Shown in pieces: positions 18,419-26,595 of a DNA stretch of 32,000 nucleotides. A model generated the notes under the pieces. It was not told where the DNA came from. It saw only the letters and a program-made list of their open reading frames with translations, and did no database searches. How positions within the stretch are numbered: position 1 is the first letter of the stretch; every line of letters starts with the position of its first letter. The DNA is from Candidatus Electrothrix yaqonensis (GTDB lineage Bacteria; Desulfobacterota; Desulfobulbia; Desulfobulbales; Desulfobulbaceae): assembly GCA_047651235.1 (NCBI GenBank), contig CP178758.1, positions 1,770,001-1,802,000 of the forward strand. The letters are read 5' to 3'. A program made the translations under genes and the position numbers.

Positions 18419-19291
18419 TCAAGACTGAGAACTTTTTCTACCCTCCAAAGAATTCAGACCGAAAGCCCGTGTCCCAAGTTTTTCCTTATACAGATTTTCG
18501 TAATTGATAACTTCTTTATTGGTAAGAGTTTTGGGAAGCGTCCGCAAGATTGTAAATTGAAAGTTTTTTGCCGCCTTCGAGTCTTGAGCCAATATCTTTT
18601 TCAGCAAAACGTTTCCGCCGTGACCGGTCGTTGCATATTCTTTCCAGCGGCCCAAAATACCTCTTTTACCATAAGCGGAACCGACATATTGCTTCCCGCT
18701 TGCCGTATCCATAATCAGGTAAACCCCGGCCACAGAGGATAACATCGTGTGCCATTCCCGGTTTGCTTCAGGGGCATTTATTATCGTTTGTAATTCATCA
18801 TAACGAAGAACAAAATCAAGATAACCGGGGAACTCCTTCACATATCCAGCCGGAAGTATTTCCGTTACTTCCCTCTCACTCATCCATTGGTGCCACGCAA
18901 GTGCAGATTTTCCCCAATTAATCACAACACGATTTTTCAGATCATCAAATCCGTTGACCTTCTCTAACTCATAATGCACGGCGTTTTCTAGGCCGATATA
19001 ACAATCTGAATATATAAAATTATCCGGCAGAGGAACTTCTGGTGCAGGGCATTTTTTGAGGACTTTGTAGACCTCGAAAAACAAGGCTTTCATATTTTCC
19101 TGCCCGATAAATACAACGAGATAACCGCGTTCAGGAAAGATAGGCTTATCTTGGTAGGATTGATAAATTTTCAACTGATCTTTCCGGATCAGCTCATTGA
19201 TATCATATCGTTTATCCTGGTGGCGAATGAATTTAATTTTTGCGTCTAAATCCAAGCCACGTTCTTTCAGCAGCTCAAGAATCCCGATCAT
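18419..19291 (-). CDS. GIY-YIG nuclease family protein with a ~190-aa N-terminal domain of unknown function
   Basis: I prefer ATG 19291; the track uses TTG 19303. The C-terminus reads GVYLIMDTASGKQYVGSAYGKRGILGRWKEYATTGHGGNVLL...NFQFTILR...YKEKLGTRAFGLN, which contains the GIY...YIG/R/E/N motifs. Confidence 0.85.
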   Translation of the reverse strand: MIGILELLKERGLDLDAKIKFIRHQDKRYDINELIRKDQLKIYQSYQDKPIFPERGYLVVFIGQENMKALFFEVYKVLKKCPAPEVPLPDNFIYSDCYIGLENAVHYELEKVNGFDDLKNRVVINWGKSALAWHQWMSEREVTEILPAGYVKEFPGYLDFVLRYDELQTIINAPEANREWHTMLSSVAGVYLIMDTASGKQYVGSAYGKRGILGRWKEYATTGHGGNVLLKKILAQDSKAAKNFQFTILRTLPKTLTNKEVINYENLYKEKLGTRAFGLNSLEGRKSSQS

Positions 19292-19835
19292 TGGTTTCCC
19301 CAAAAAAGAAGGGCGCGACTAATGCCTCGCCCATCCAAGGTACGCCAATACCGATCTAGGAACAAAACAGAAGACGCACCCATTTCGGGTGCGTTTCCGT
19401 CAGATTCGATTCCTAGATTAAAAAATTGGCGTTTTTTGGATGGAACGACTCTGCGAAATACGCAAAGATATGTTTGTGTTACTATATTATTCAGTTACAT
19501 AGGCGACTCGCACAGATTGTTGTAAAAAATTACCTTCAGTCAAAACTACAACCGAATTAGACAACGCTATCTCGATAAAGTCAAACAATTTCAATTCAGT
19601 TAAGAGCCGCAAACATAGGAAGGCTGTTTCACTGACCAAATTATTCTTCCGCTCACCTTGTGATTTTATCTTCCGTCAACCTCTCCACAATTTACCGACT
19701 CAACTTTACCTTTTATCTAAGTCGCAACATCAGTTATTAAAAATGAATCTAAAGAAAAATTTTAAAAAATACTTTACGACACCTACCAAATAGGGTTATA
19801 AGTAAAAATAAAAACTTTAGCGAAGAATTGACAAC

Positions 19836-20537
19836 ATGGAAGCATACGGATATTTACGGGTCAGTACCAAGGGCCAGATAGACAAGGACGGTTTCCGCCG
19901 TCAACGGGACGCAATCAGGAGGTACGCCGCCTCTTCAAAAATCACCATTCCGAAATACTACAAGGAAGAAGGCGTTTCAGGAACAAAGGGGGAAGATGCC
20001 CGCCCCGCTTTTCAGGAAATGATCACCGACATCCTTTCCAACGGAATCAGAACCGTGATTGTTGAACGGCTCGACCGGCTCGCAAGGGAGTACACTATTC
20101 AGGAACAACTCCTCATCTATCTTGCAAGCAAAGGAATCACTCTCATAAACGCTTCCACCGGGGAAAACATCACTAAAGCAATCAACGCCGACCCGATGAA
20201 AAAGGCCATAATCCAGATACAGGGTGTATTCTCCGAACTGGAGAAATCGTTATTGGTCAAGCGGCTCAAAAAGGGCAGAGAACAGAAAAAGGCCGAAACC
20301 GGAAAGTGCGAAGGTGCAAAAGGTTGGGATGAGATCAACCCGGAAAGGAAGGCGGAGGTTTTGAAACTGGTTCGCCGGTTACGGAGGAAGCCCAGAGGGG
20401 GCGGACGGCAGAAGAGCTATCAGGCCATAGCCGACCACCTCAACAAAGAAGGGATCGAAACATTGCGGGGCGGGACGTGGAGTGCTCAATTAGTCAGAGC
20501 CTTTCACCAGAACGGGGCGGCCAGTACCAGAAAGTAG
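19836..20537 (+). CDS. Small serine recombinase (resolvase/invertase type)
   Basis: 233 aa. It has the YGYLRVSTKGQ catalytic Ser motif and VIVERLDRLAREY. A C-terminal HTH-like segment follows (SYQAIADHLNKEGIETLRGGTWSAQLV). Confidence 0.9.
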   Translation: MEAYGYLRVSTKGQIDKDGFRRQRDAIRRYAASSKITIPKYYKEEGVSGTKGEDARPAFQEMITDILSNGIRTVIVERLDRLAREYTIQEQLLIYLASKGITLINASTGENITKAINADPMKKAIIQIQGVFSELEKSLLVKRLKKGREQKKAETGKCEGAKGWDEINPERKAEVLKLVRRLRRKPRGGGRQKSYQAIADHLNKEGIETLRGGTWSAQLVRAFHQNGAASTRK

Positions 20538-20788
20538 TCGAACCACACCGGGAACCCATCTGTTTTGACCCGATAGCCACGAACCGTCCCCGTTCCATAG
20601 GAAGCCCCACATCGGACATAAAACACGAAATACGGCCAAAGAAACGAAGCGGGCTTTTTACTCTGAACCAGTTTATAATACTTGTAATGTTGGGCGGATA
20701 GGCTCGCTACCGAAAAGGAGGAATCCGAACCTCTCTTCCGCCCAATTTTTCTTTCGGATCACCATAACCGCTATCGGAGGCGGGCATA

Positions 20789-22228
20789 ATGGCAAAGCAT
20801 AAACGGGCCATAATAGACAAGCATGTCTTCAAAAAGAAAAGAGTTAGAAACATACCAAGACGACGAAAGAAACAGCAAGACTACTTTAATTCCGATTCCA
20901 TATCAAAAAATCTTGAAATCAACGCCCCGGCAAACATAAGCCTCTCATTTCGGTTTAACAACTCCGCAGAGTATAAACCCAATCTGATTTTCTTTCAGGA
21001 CAGCCCTTATCTTGAATCAGTAAATCAGCTTTATTCCGATTGGGCCGATAATAACCGTTGGCAATCAAGACCCGCGCAAGAGCGGAAAAGGTACCTTATA
21101 TCTGTGGTCGCAAACCTTTTAACGCTTCCGAGAACTTCAGGATCACAAATCAGAAGACCGCTTTCTATCAATATCGACTCCAATCAACGTACCAGTCAAC
21201 TTACTGATGTTATCCATTTTCTCAGAGACGAAAAATACATCAACTTTCTACCCGGTTTCAATTGCCACAACGGCAAATCAAAAACATCAAAAATATACCC
21301 CACAGAAATTTTCGATTCTGCTTTTCCCCCATTTGCCGATCCCTGTCAGGCTAATCCCCATATCACTATCCCTGATTCGGAGCTTATCAGAAAAAACCGG
21401 GATCGAAAACCCGTCGAACTTACCGAAACCGACATTAAAAATACAAAAAGAATACGCAAAAAACTTCAACGAATCAACCAAGTCAACCATAGTCACCATA
21501 TCGTTATCAAGAAAAATAAATCAGAGCTTCCTTGCTGCACAAAACTTTGCGTAGTTTACAGCCCAACCCTCAAACGGGGCGGGCGGCTCTATGCGTCCAG
21601 GAACAACCATAGTTATCAGAACTGTTCCAAGGAGGAAAGAGCTTGTATATTCATAGACAACGAACCGACCGTAGAACCTGACTATTCCGCTTTCCACCCC
21701 CATATGCTTTACGCCGAAAAGGGGATTCAATACGAGGGGAAACCATACGACTTGTCAGAGGAATTACCGGAGTTTCGAGACGACTACAAGGAAACGGAAA
21801 AGGAAGAGAGAAAGAAAATGCAAAGAAAGTTATCCAAGCGTGCCGTATTTATTGCCATTAACGCGAAAAACGATAACCTAATATCAACTCTTTCCAAGTA
21901 TGTTTTGAAAAACAATATATCCCTTTGTATTTACAGTAAAAAGAACTACAGGAAAGGATTGTATGGGCGAGTTATAGAGGCGGTAAAGAAGAAGCATAGC
22001 CTCATTAGTGAATCCTTCAATACAGATGCCGGAGCACAACTTCAAAACAAGGACGGGAAAATGGCCCTCTATATTTGCGATTACTTCGCTAAAAAAGACA
22101 TTCCCATTCTTCCTGTCCACGACAGTTTCATAGTAGCGAAGAAACATGAAAGCCTTTTACGGAAAATCATGGAAGCGACCTATAAGAAATACAACCACGG
22201 ATTTACATGTCCCATAACCACGGAGTGA
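20789..22228 (+). CDS. Minimal family-A-type (Pol I / T7 RNAP superfamily, TV-Pol-like) polymerase candidate
   Basis: 479 aa. The C-terminal 220 aa carry the following motifs in canonical order. Pre-motif A: RGGRLYA (aa 263-269) ... YQNCS ... EERACIF. Motif A: EPDYSAFHPHMLY (D298; compare Pol I DYSQIELR). Motif B: RKLSKRAVFIAINAK (K350; compare RRSAKAINFGLIYG and T7 TKRSVMTLAYGS). Then QNKDGKMALYI (compare T7 SQDGSHLRK). Motif C: ILPVHDSFIV (H444-D445; compare T7 LIHDSFGT and Pol I QVHDE). Confidence 0.6.
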   Translation: MAKHKRAIIDKHVFKKKRVRNIPRRRKKQQDYFNSDSISKNLEINAPANISLSFRFNNSAEYKPNLIFFQDSPYLESVNQLYSDWADNNRWQSRPAQERKRYLISVVANLLTLPRTSGSQIRRPLSINIDSNQRTSQLTDVIHFLRDEKYINFLPGFNCHNGKSKTSKIYPTEIFDSAFPPFADPCQANPHITIPDSELIRKNRDRKPVELTETDIKNTKRIRKKLQRINQVNHSHHIVIKKNKSELPCCTKLCVVYSPTLKRGGRLYASRNNHSYQNCSKEERACIFIDNEPTVEPDYSAFHPHMLYAEKGIQYEGKPYDLSEELPEFRDDYKETEKEERKKMQRKLSKRAVFIAINAKNDNLISTLSKYVLKNNISLCIYSKKNYRKGLYGRVIEAVKKKHSLISESFNTDAGAQLQNKDGKMALYICDYFAKKDIPILPVHDSFIVAKKHESLLRKIMEATYKKYNHGFTCPITTE

Positions 22229-22264
22229 ACTAGAGCGAAAAAAGGAGAAAATATACTTACATTC

Positions 22265-22370
22265 CAAATCATTATAATCAAAACAGAAAACTTATAATAT
22301 GGATATTTAGGAGTATAATATATAAATAATAATAATTATATAATAATAAAAAATAATAAAATATATGTAT
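22265..22370. other. Extremely AT-rich tract with (AAT)n-like low complexity; candidate origin/DNA-unwinding element or promoter cluster
   Basis: 22314-22366 is an uninterrupted 53-nt run of A/T (tataatatataaataataataattatataataataaaaaataataaaatatat). It lies directly downstream of the polymerase-like gene and upstream of the LSR gene. Confidence 0.4.
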
Positions 22371-22620
22371 CGAACTCCCAAGTTTAGTTCAGAGTCTGAA
22401 AAATCCATAAGACTGAAAACCGGGTTTATGGAAATTGAAATTCCAAACGGAAGAGCTATCCAAAAGAGGAAAGCCCATATTGAACCTCATTTAAAACGAT
22501 GCAAAGGGGTTTGTTTTTTCTTTTCCGGCCTTGTTCTATAGGTAGGGGGCAAACAAGCCGAAAACGGTTGAAAAGGACAAATCAAGAGTTTCTAAACTTA
22601 TCCCAACTCAAGGAAAAAAC

Positions 22621-24468
22621 ATGAATAAAGCTGTAGGATATGTACGGGTCTCTACGCACCACCAAGTTAAAGGCGGGGAATCTCTCACCACTCAGAGAAA
22701 AGATCTCAACAGTTACGCCAAGAAGAATGAATATGAGCTGGTTAAAATTTATGCCGATGAAGGTATTTCGGGTGGTTCGGTAGAAAAGCGGCCCGGTCTC
22801 CGAGCCTTGCTCAAGGACGCCAGAAATCAAAGTTTTTCCCTTGTCCTTGTCAACCGCCTTTCCCGGTTGGGCAGAAACGCCAGAGAACTGCTCAACAACG
22901 TTCAGTTGCTCAAAGAGGCCGGGATAAGTGTTGTCTTCCTGAAGGAGAATATCGACCTTTCCAACGCCTACGGCCAATTCATGCTCACGATGCTTGCCGC
23001 TATGGCGGAACTTGAAAAGGATATTCTGGGAGAATCTTCGGTTGAGAACAAAATTGCATTGGCTAAGAAAGGAGTCCCATCCATTGGTAAGTACCCTTTC
23101 GGGCGGCGATACAATCGTGAAACGGAAGAGTGGTATTTTGATCCACCCGATATCAAAGAAGTGGTGAATGATATTGCGGATCGTTACCTGAATGGAGAAG
23201 GGCTGAGGGATATTGCAGACACCATTGATCCGAAATACCAACTTACTTACTCGAATATTTTAAAAGTGTTCCACGGAAGAGCCGGAAACACTTGGGAGCT
23301 GCAATTTAAGAAAGAAGACAAACCCATTGTGTTTGAAATCCCACGGCTACTGAGTGATGAAAAGATCGAAGCAGTGATGCAAAAAATAGACTTCAACAGA
23401 ACCTTCACCAAATCAGACCGCAAAAGCTATACATTTCTGCTTACCGGGTTTGCCCGCTGTATGGACTGCGGAACGGTATTAACGGCCCAACATCAGAAAA
23501 GTAAGCCTCGAAAGAAGACCCACAAGGGCTACACATACAAGTATTACCGACATCGGGCTGGAAAAAGAGAAAAATGCAAGGGCTTGACCTCGATAAAAAT
23601 TGAAAAGTTAGAAAATGCTGTTCTGAACGCTGTCTGGGAAAATATGAGTGATGAGGACAGCGGATTTGATGAAGCTTGGACCGATAACTACCCGGATCAA
23701 AGCAGGATAGGCGAATTGAAAAACCGGATAAAGGAAAACCAAAAAAAGCTGAACAAGGCGGAAGCTGACCGGGATAAACTTGTTGATGCACTTCTGAAGG
23801 GTATCTTGACCGAGGATGCGATAAAAAAGAAAAACGATATTCTCTCCAATGAAATATCACGGTTGACCGCATTATTGACCAAGGATGAACAGAAATTGTC
23901 CCGGATGCCCTCTGTTGAAGAGGTCAAAGGAAAGGAAGAAATGCTCAAACTCGCCTTTCAGGATTATTACTATTCACGGGAGAGGTTCGACTCAATGACC
24001 TTTGAGGAGAAGCGGGCTTTGATGTTTTCTATTTTTGACGGGGTGGATGAAGACGGAGACCCTTTGGGAGTCTATGTAAAAAGGATAACTCCAATCGGTG
24101 AGTTACCCGTTCGGTTTGAAATCTATATCAATGCTCGTTTTTTTGCCGGGTATGTTGCCCCTGATACCGTTGATGATGACGATTACGGAAGCGACTCTGA
24201 AAAGGAGGGCAATAGTGATTCATCTTCCGGTTCCTCTAAAGTAACAACGCTGCAAGATGGACGTGTGTTCTCTGCTTCTGTGCCCTCAAACGGAGCGGGG
24301 CAATGCGGATTCCTTGACTCAATACAGATCCCATCGAAATTACAGAAGGATAATTTTCATAAAACCAGTTTACGTCATCTTTTCATTGCCCACCAATTGA
24401 AAAGCCAATCTTCCCAAGGTGCTTTTTCCGGTGCCTGCCGGGCCGATGAGGTGGAGAAAGACCTGTAA
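22621..24468 (+). CDS. Large serine recombinase (integrase) of the nested element
   Basis: 615 aa with the N-terminal resolvase domain (VGYVRVSTHHQ...LVLVNRLSRLGRN). It also has a recombinase domain, a zinc ribbon (CMDCG...C) and a long coiled coil (KLNKAEADRDKLVDALLKG...). The last ~30 codons lie beyond the predicted element junction, antisense to the primase gene. Confidence 0.9.
   Translation: MNKAVGYVRVSTHHQVKGGESLTTQRKDLNSYAKKNEYELVKIYADEGISGGSVEKRPGLRALLKDARNQSFSLVLVNRLSRLGRNARELLNNVQLLKEAGISVVFLKENIDLSNAYGQFMLTMLAAMAELEKDILGESSVENKIALAKKGVPSIGKYPFGRRYNRETEEWYFDPPDIKEVVNDIADRYLNGEGLRDIADTIDPKYQLTYSNILKVFHGRAGNTWELQFKKEDKPIVFEIPRLLSDEKIEAVMQKIDFNRTFTKSDRKSYTFLLTGFARCMDCGTVLTAQHQKSKPRKKTHKGYTYKYYRHRAGKREKCKGLTSIKIEKLENAVLNAVWENMSDEDSGFDEAWTDNYPDQSRIGELKNRIKENQKKLNKAEADRDKLVDALLKGILTEDAIKKKNDILSNEISRLTALLTKDEQKLSRMPSVEEVKGKEEMLKLAFQDYYYSRERFDSMTFEEKRALMFSIFDGVDEDGDPLGVYVKRITPIGELPVRFEIYINARFFAGYVAPDTVDDDDYGSDSEKEGNSDSSSGSSKVTTLQDGRVFSASVPSNGAGQCGFLDSIQIPSKLQKDNFHKTSLRHLFIAHQLKSQSSQGAFSGACRADEVEKDL
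24359..24367. repeat. Right terminal inverted-repeat arm (ATAAAACCA) of the nested element
   Basis: It is the exact reverse complement of 15329-15337. Confidence 0.5.
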
Positions 24469-26595
24469 ATCAGGGCGACCTGTGAACAATGCATTGAACC
24501 ATGCCTGAATCAAACGGACAGACTCCGGGTCATCATCCAGAGCTGTTGTAAGCCATGCAAGGAAGTCCGGGCAGTCTGCATCAGGAGAGTATTCATAAGG
24601 CAATACCCAGGTATGGGCATTTTCCGCCGTTACGGGCACAAGCTTCCCTGTGTTCTGATCAAGCAGACCGTTTTGAAAGGGGATGGTGCCGGGCAGGGGA
24701 TCGGGTAGCGGGTTCCGTCCGCTCTTCTGCAAGAGCTGGCTTATTCCGTTTTGGTAATTGTTGCTGAAACCGAGTCCGGCAGTTGCCGTGTAGAGCAGAG
24801 CGTTCAGGGCACCCTCAAACTCTGAAGCGGAACATTTTTGCCAGCAGCATTCATCAAAACAGTACCAGCACAGCCCGGACATGCTGAAAGCGTACAGGCC
24901 GTGCAGGGTTTCAGCGAATAATGCCGCCGCTTCCGATTCCGGGGCCGGTCTGTCTCCTTTTTGGGTTTCAATAACCATAACCCCTTGAAGATGAAGAACT
25001 TTTTCTTTTAATGAAGAGGGTAATGAAGAATAAGGTATTGATAATGAAGAAGATGAAGGCTGTGAAGACTGAAAACTCTTCCTTACAGGAGAAACCCTGC
25101 TTATATCCCTGTCCAGCTCCTTCAGCAGTACGGCTCCGTTTGCGGCCTTGAGGTCTTTTCGCACCCGCATAAACCGGGCCTTGTCCTTCTGCTTCAGGCG
25201 GGCCAGCATCTTCAGCGCATCCTCTGCAAAGGGTGCCCCGCAATCCTCCTTTGTCTGTTGGATGAGTTCCGGCAGGGCTGTATCATAATCAATGGGTTTC
25301 TCTGCTCCGTACCGCCTGAACCGGTATTTTATGCCGCCGTGGGCCTGACTGTAGATCAAAGGGTTCTGGCCCTCGTTCCAGTAGAAAACAGCCTTGCTCA
25401 TGCTGCCCCCGTCGTATTCTGGTTCCAGAGGATCGGCACAAGACTTGTTATCAAACGCCTGCCCATTGTCCAGCACAGAGGCCACGCTGACCGGCTCTTT
25501 TTCATGAGCAAACAACAACAAATCATCATCAACAAGGATATGGTGCTGTCGGGCCTTGACCGTCTCCCGTGCCTGCTCCATGCTGACCTTTCCGCCTGAT
25601 TCTGAACTGAGCTTTTCTGCTTCCTGCTCAAGGTAGGCCCCTTTAATGCGCTCCTGATCCGGGGCACCTTTCGCTTTCAGTTGGTGGATAATCTCCTGAT
25701 ACGTCTTTTCCTCTTCCGGGTTAAGATCGTTCAGGGCTTGGGTATCCAATAACCGGCCCGGCTGATACTCCGAGGCGGGCAACCTTTGTTCAAGGCCCTT
25801 ATCACAGACAGCACCGGCCACAAAATCCAATCTCTCAGGGGAGGCAACCAGCAAATCAACCAGGGTACGCACCAACACGGCACCCGACCGGCTGAACTCC
25901 ACCCGGCCATATCCGGCAAGTATCAAGCGTTTTCCCAAAACATCCAGAAAACGGGGCGTGTCCGCTGCATTCTGCGGGAACAGATAGAGGTGAAAGCCTG
26001 CGCTTTTTCCTCTCAGCTCTTTTCCTGTGTCCGTATCATGGATACAGGAGGAAGTCGAATAAACGGCAACCTGTGCCGCTTCTTTTATGGACTCAAAAAA
26101 GCCCGCAATGGTGTTTATAAGCTCTTTCGGGCTGTATGCCTTCAGTGCCTTCTCAGAATCAAGGGCAACCGCGTTTTTACGGGCCTTGTCATGATCCAGC
26201 ATGAGCAGGCCCGGCCCGTCTGGATAGTGAAAGAAATCCTTTGTTCTGGAGATGATCGGCAAGCCCTGTTCATCAGCCTGCGGACTCTCCCCCGGCCTTG
26301 TCTTCAGCCGCTTTCCGCTGACTATCAGGGCTTTGTCGTAATCACTCACCCCGTGGACAATGGCCTGATTGCTTTGCAATCCTTGCAGGAAGGGGCCGAA
26401 TTGCTCCGGCTTTATGCGCACCGTTTCAGCCCGGCCCCTACTCATCCGACATTCTGAGCTGTCTTTTTCAATGCAGCCGTTTACCCGCTTCATGCGCTTT
26501 GTCAAAATGCCCTGTGTTTTGTGCATCAGGGTAAAAGACACTTTCTGTTCTTTACCTTTGCCCGGTGCATGGGCTTTGTTTTCCGCTAAAGTCAT
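24370..26595 (-). pseudogene. N-terminal fragment of the AEP-primase/SF3-helicase (P4-alpha/D5-like), truncated right after Walker A
   Basis: 741-aa ORF with AEP motifs (LLMLDHD, GFHLYLF, RLDFVAG) and a D5_N-like region. It ends ...VFLHLIGPAGTGKSTLGRLAFQLVGNEKMT*, so the helicase core is missing here and is found at 14549-15340. Confidence 0.85.

Larger units (their letters stand above)
15322..24376. mobile_element. Nested ~9.05-kb large-serine-recombinase element inserted in the island primase-helicase gene (ends uncertain by about 25 bp)
   Basis: The two primase halves flank it in the same orientation. The LSR gene lies at the right end. CGTC is shared at both junctions (15322-15325 and 24373-24376). 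The 9-bp inverted repeat TGGTTTTAT (15329-15337) / ATAAAACCA (24359-24367) is symmetric about that core. An alternative junction is the 8-bp direct repeat ATCTTTTC at 15343-15350 and 24377-24384. Confidence 0.7.

Noticed and set aside
20536-20553. 9-bp match (AGTCGAACC) to the tRNA-Leu T-arm at the stop codon of the small recombinase gene, considered as an alternative att site.
   Set aside because: By my estimate a 9-mer has roughly a 1 in 4 chance of recurring in this window. The flanks do not extend the match convincingly, and the position makes no sense for the integrase-proximal island.
22290-22370. AT-rich repetitive tract considered as a CRISPR or minisatellite array.
   Set aside because: There are no regularly spaced repeat-spacer units, only AAT/ATA low complexity.
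22428-22544. 38-aa plus-strand ORF (MEIEIPNGRAIQKRKAHIEPHLKRCKGVCFFFSGLVL) upstream of the LSR gene, considered as a recombination directionality factor.
   Set aside because: It has no SD sequence and an odd hydrophobic tail, and nothing supports expression.
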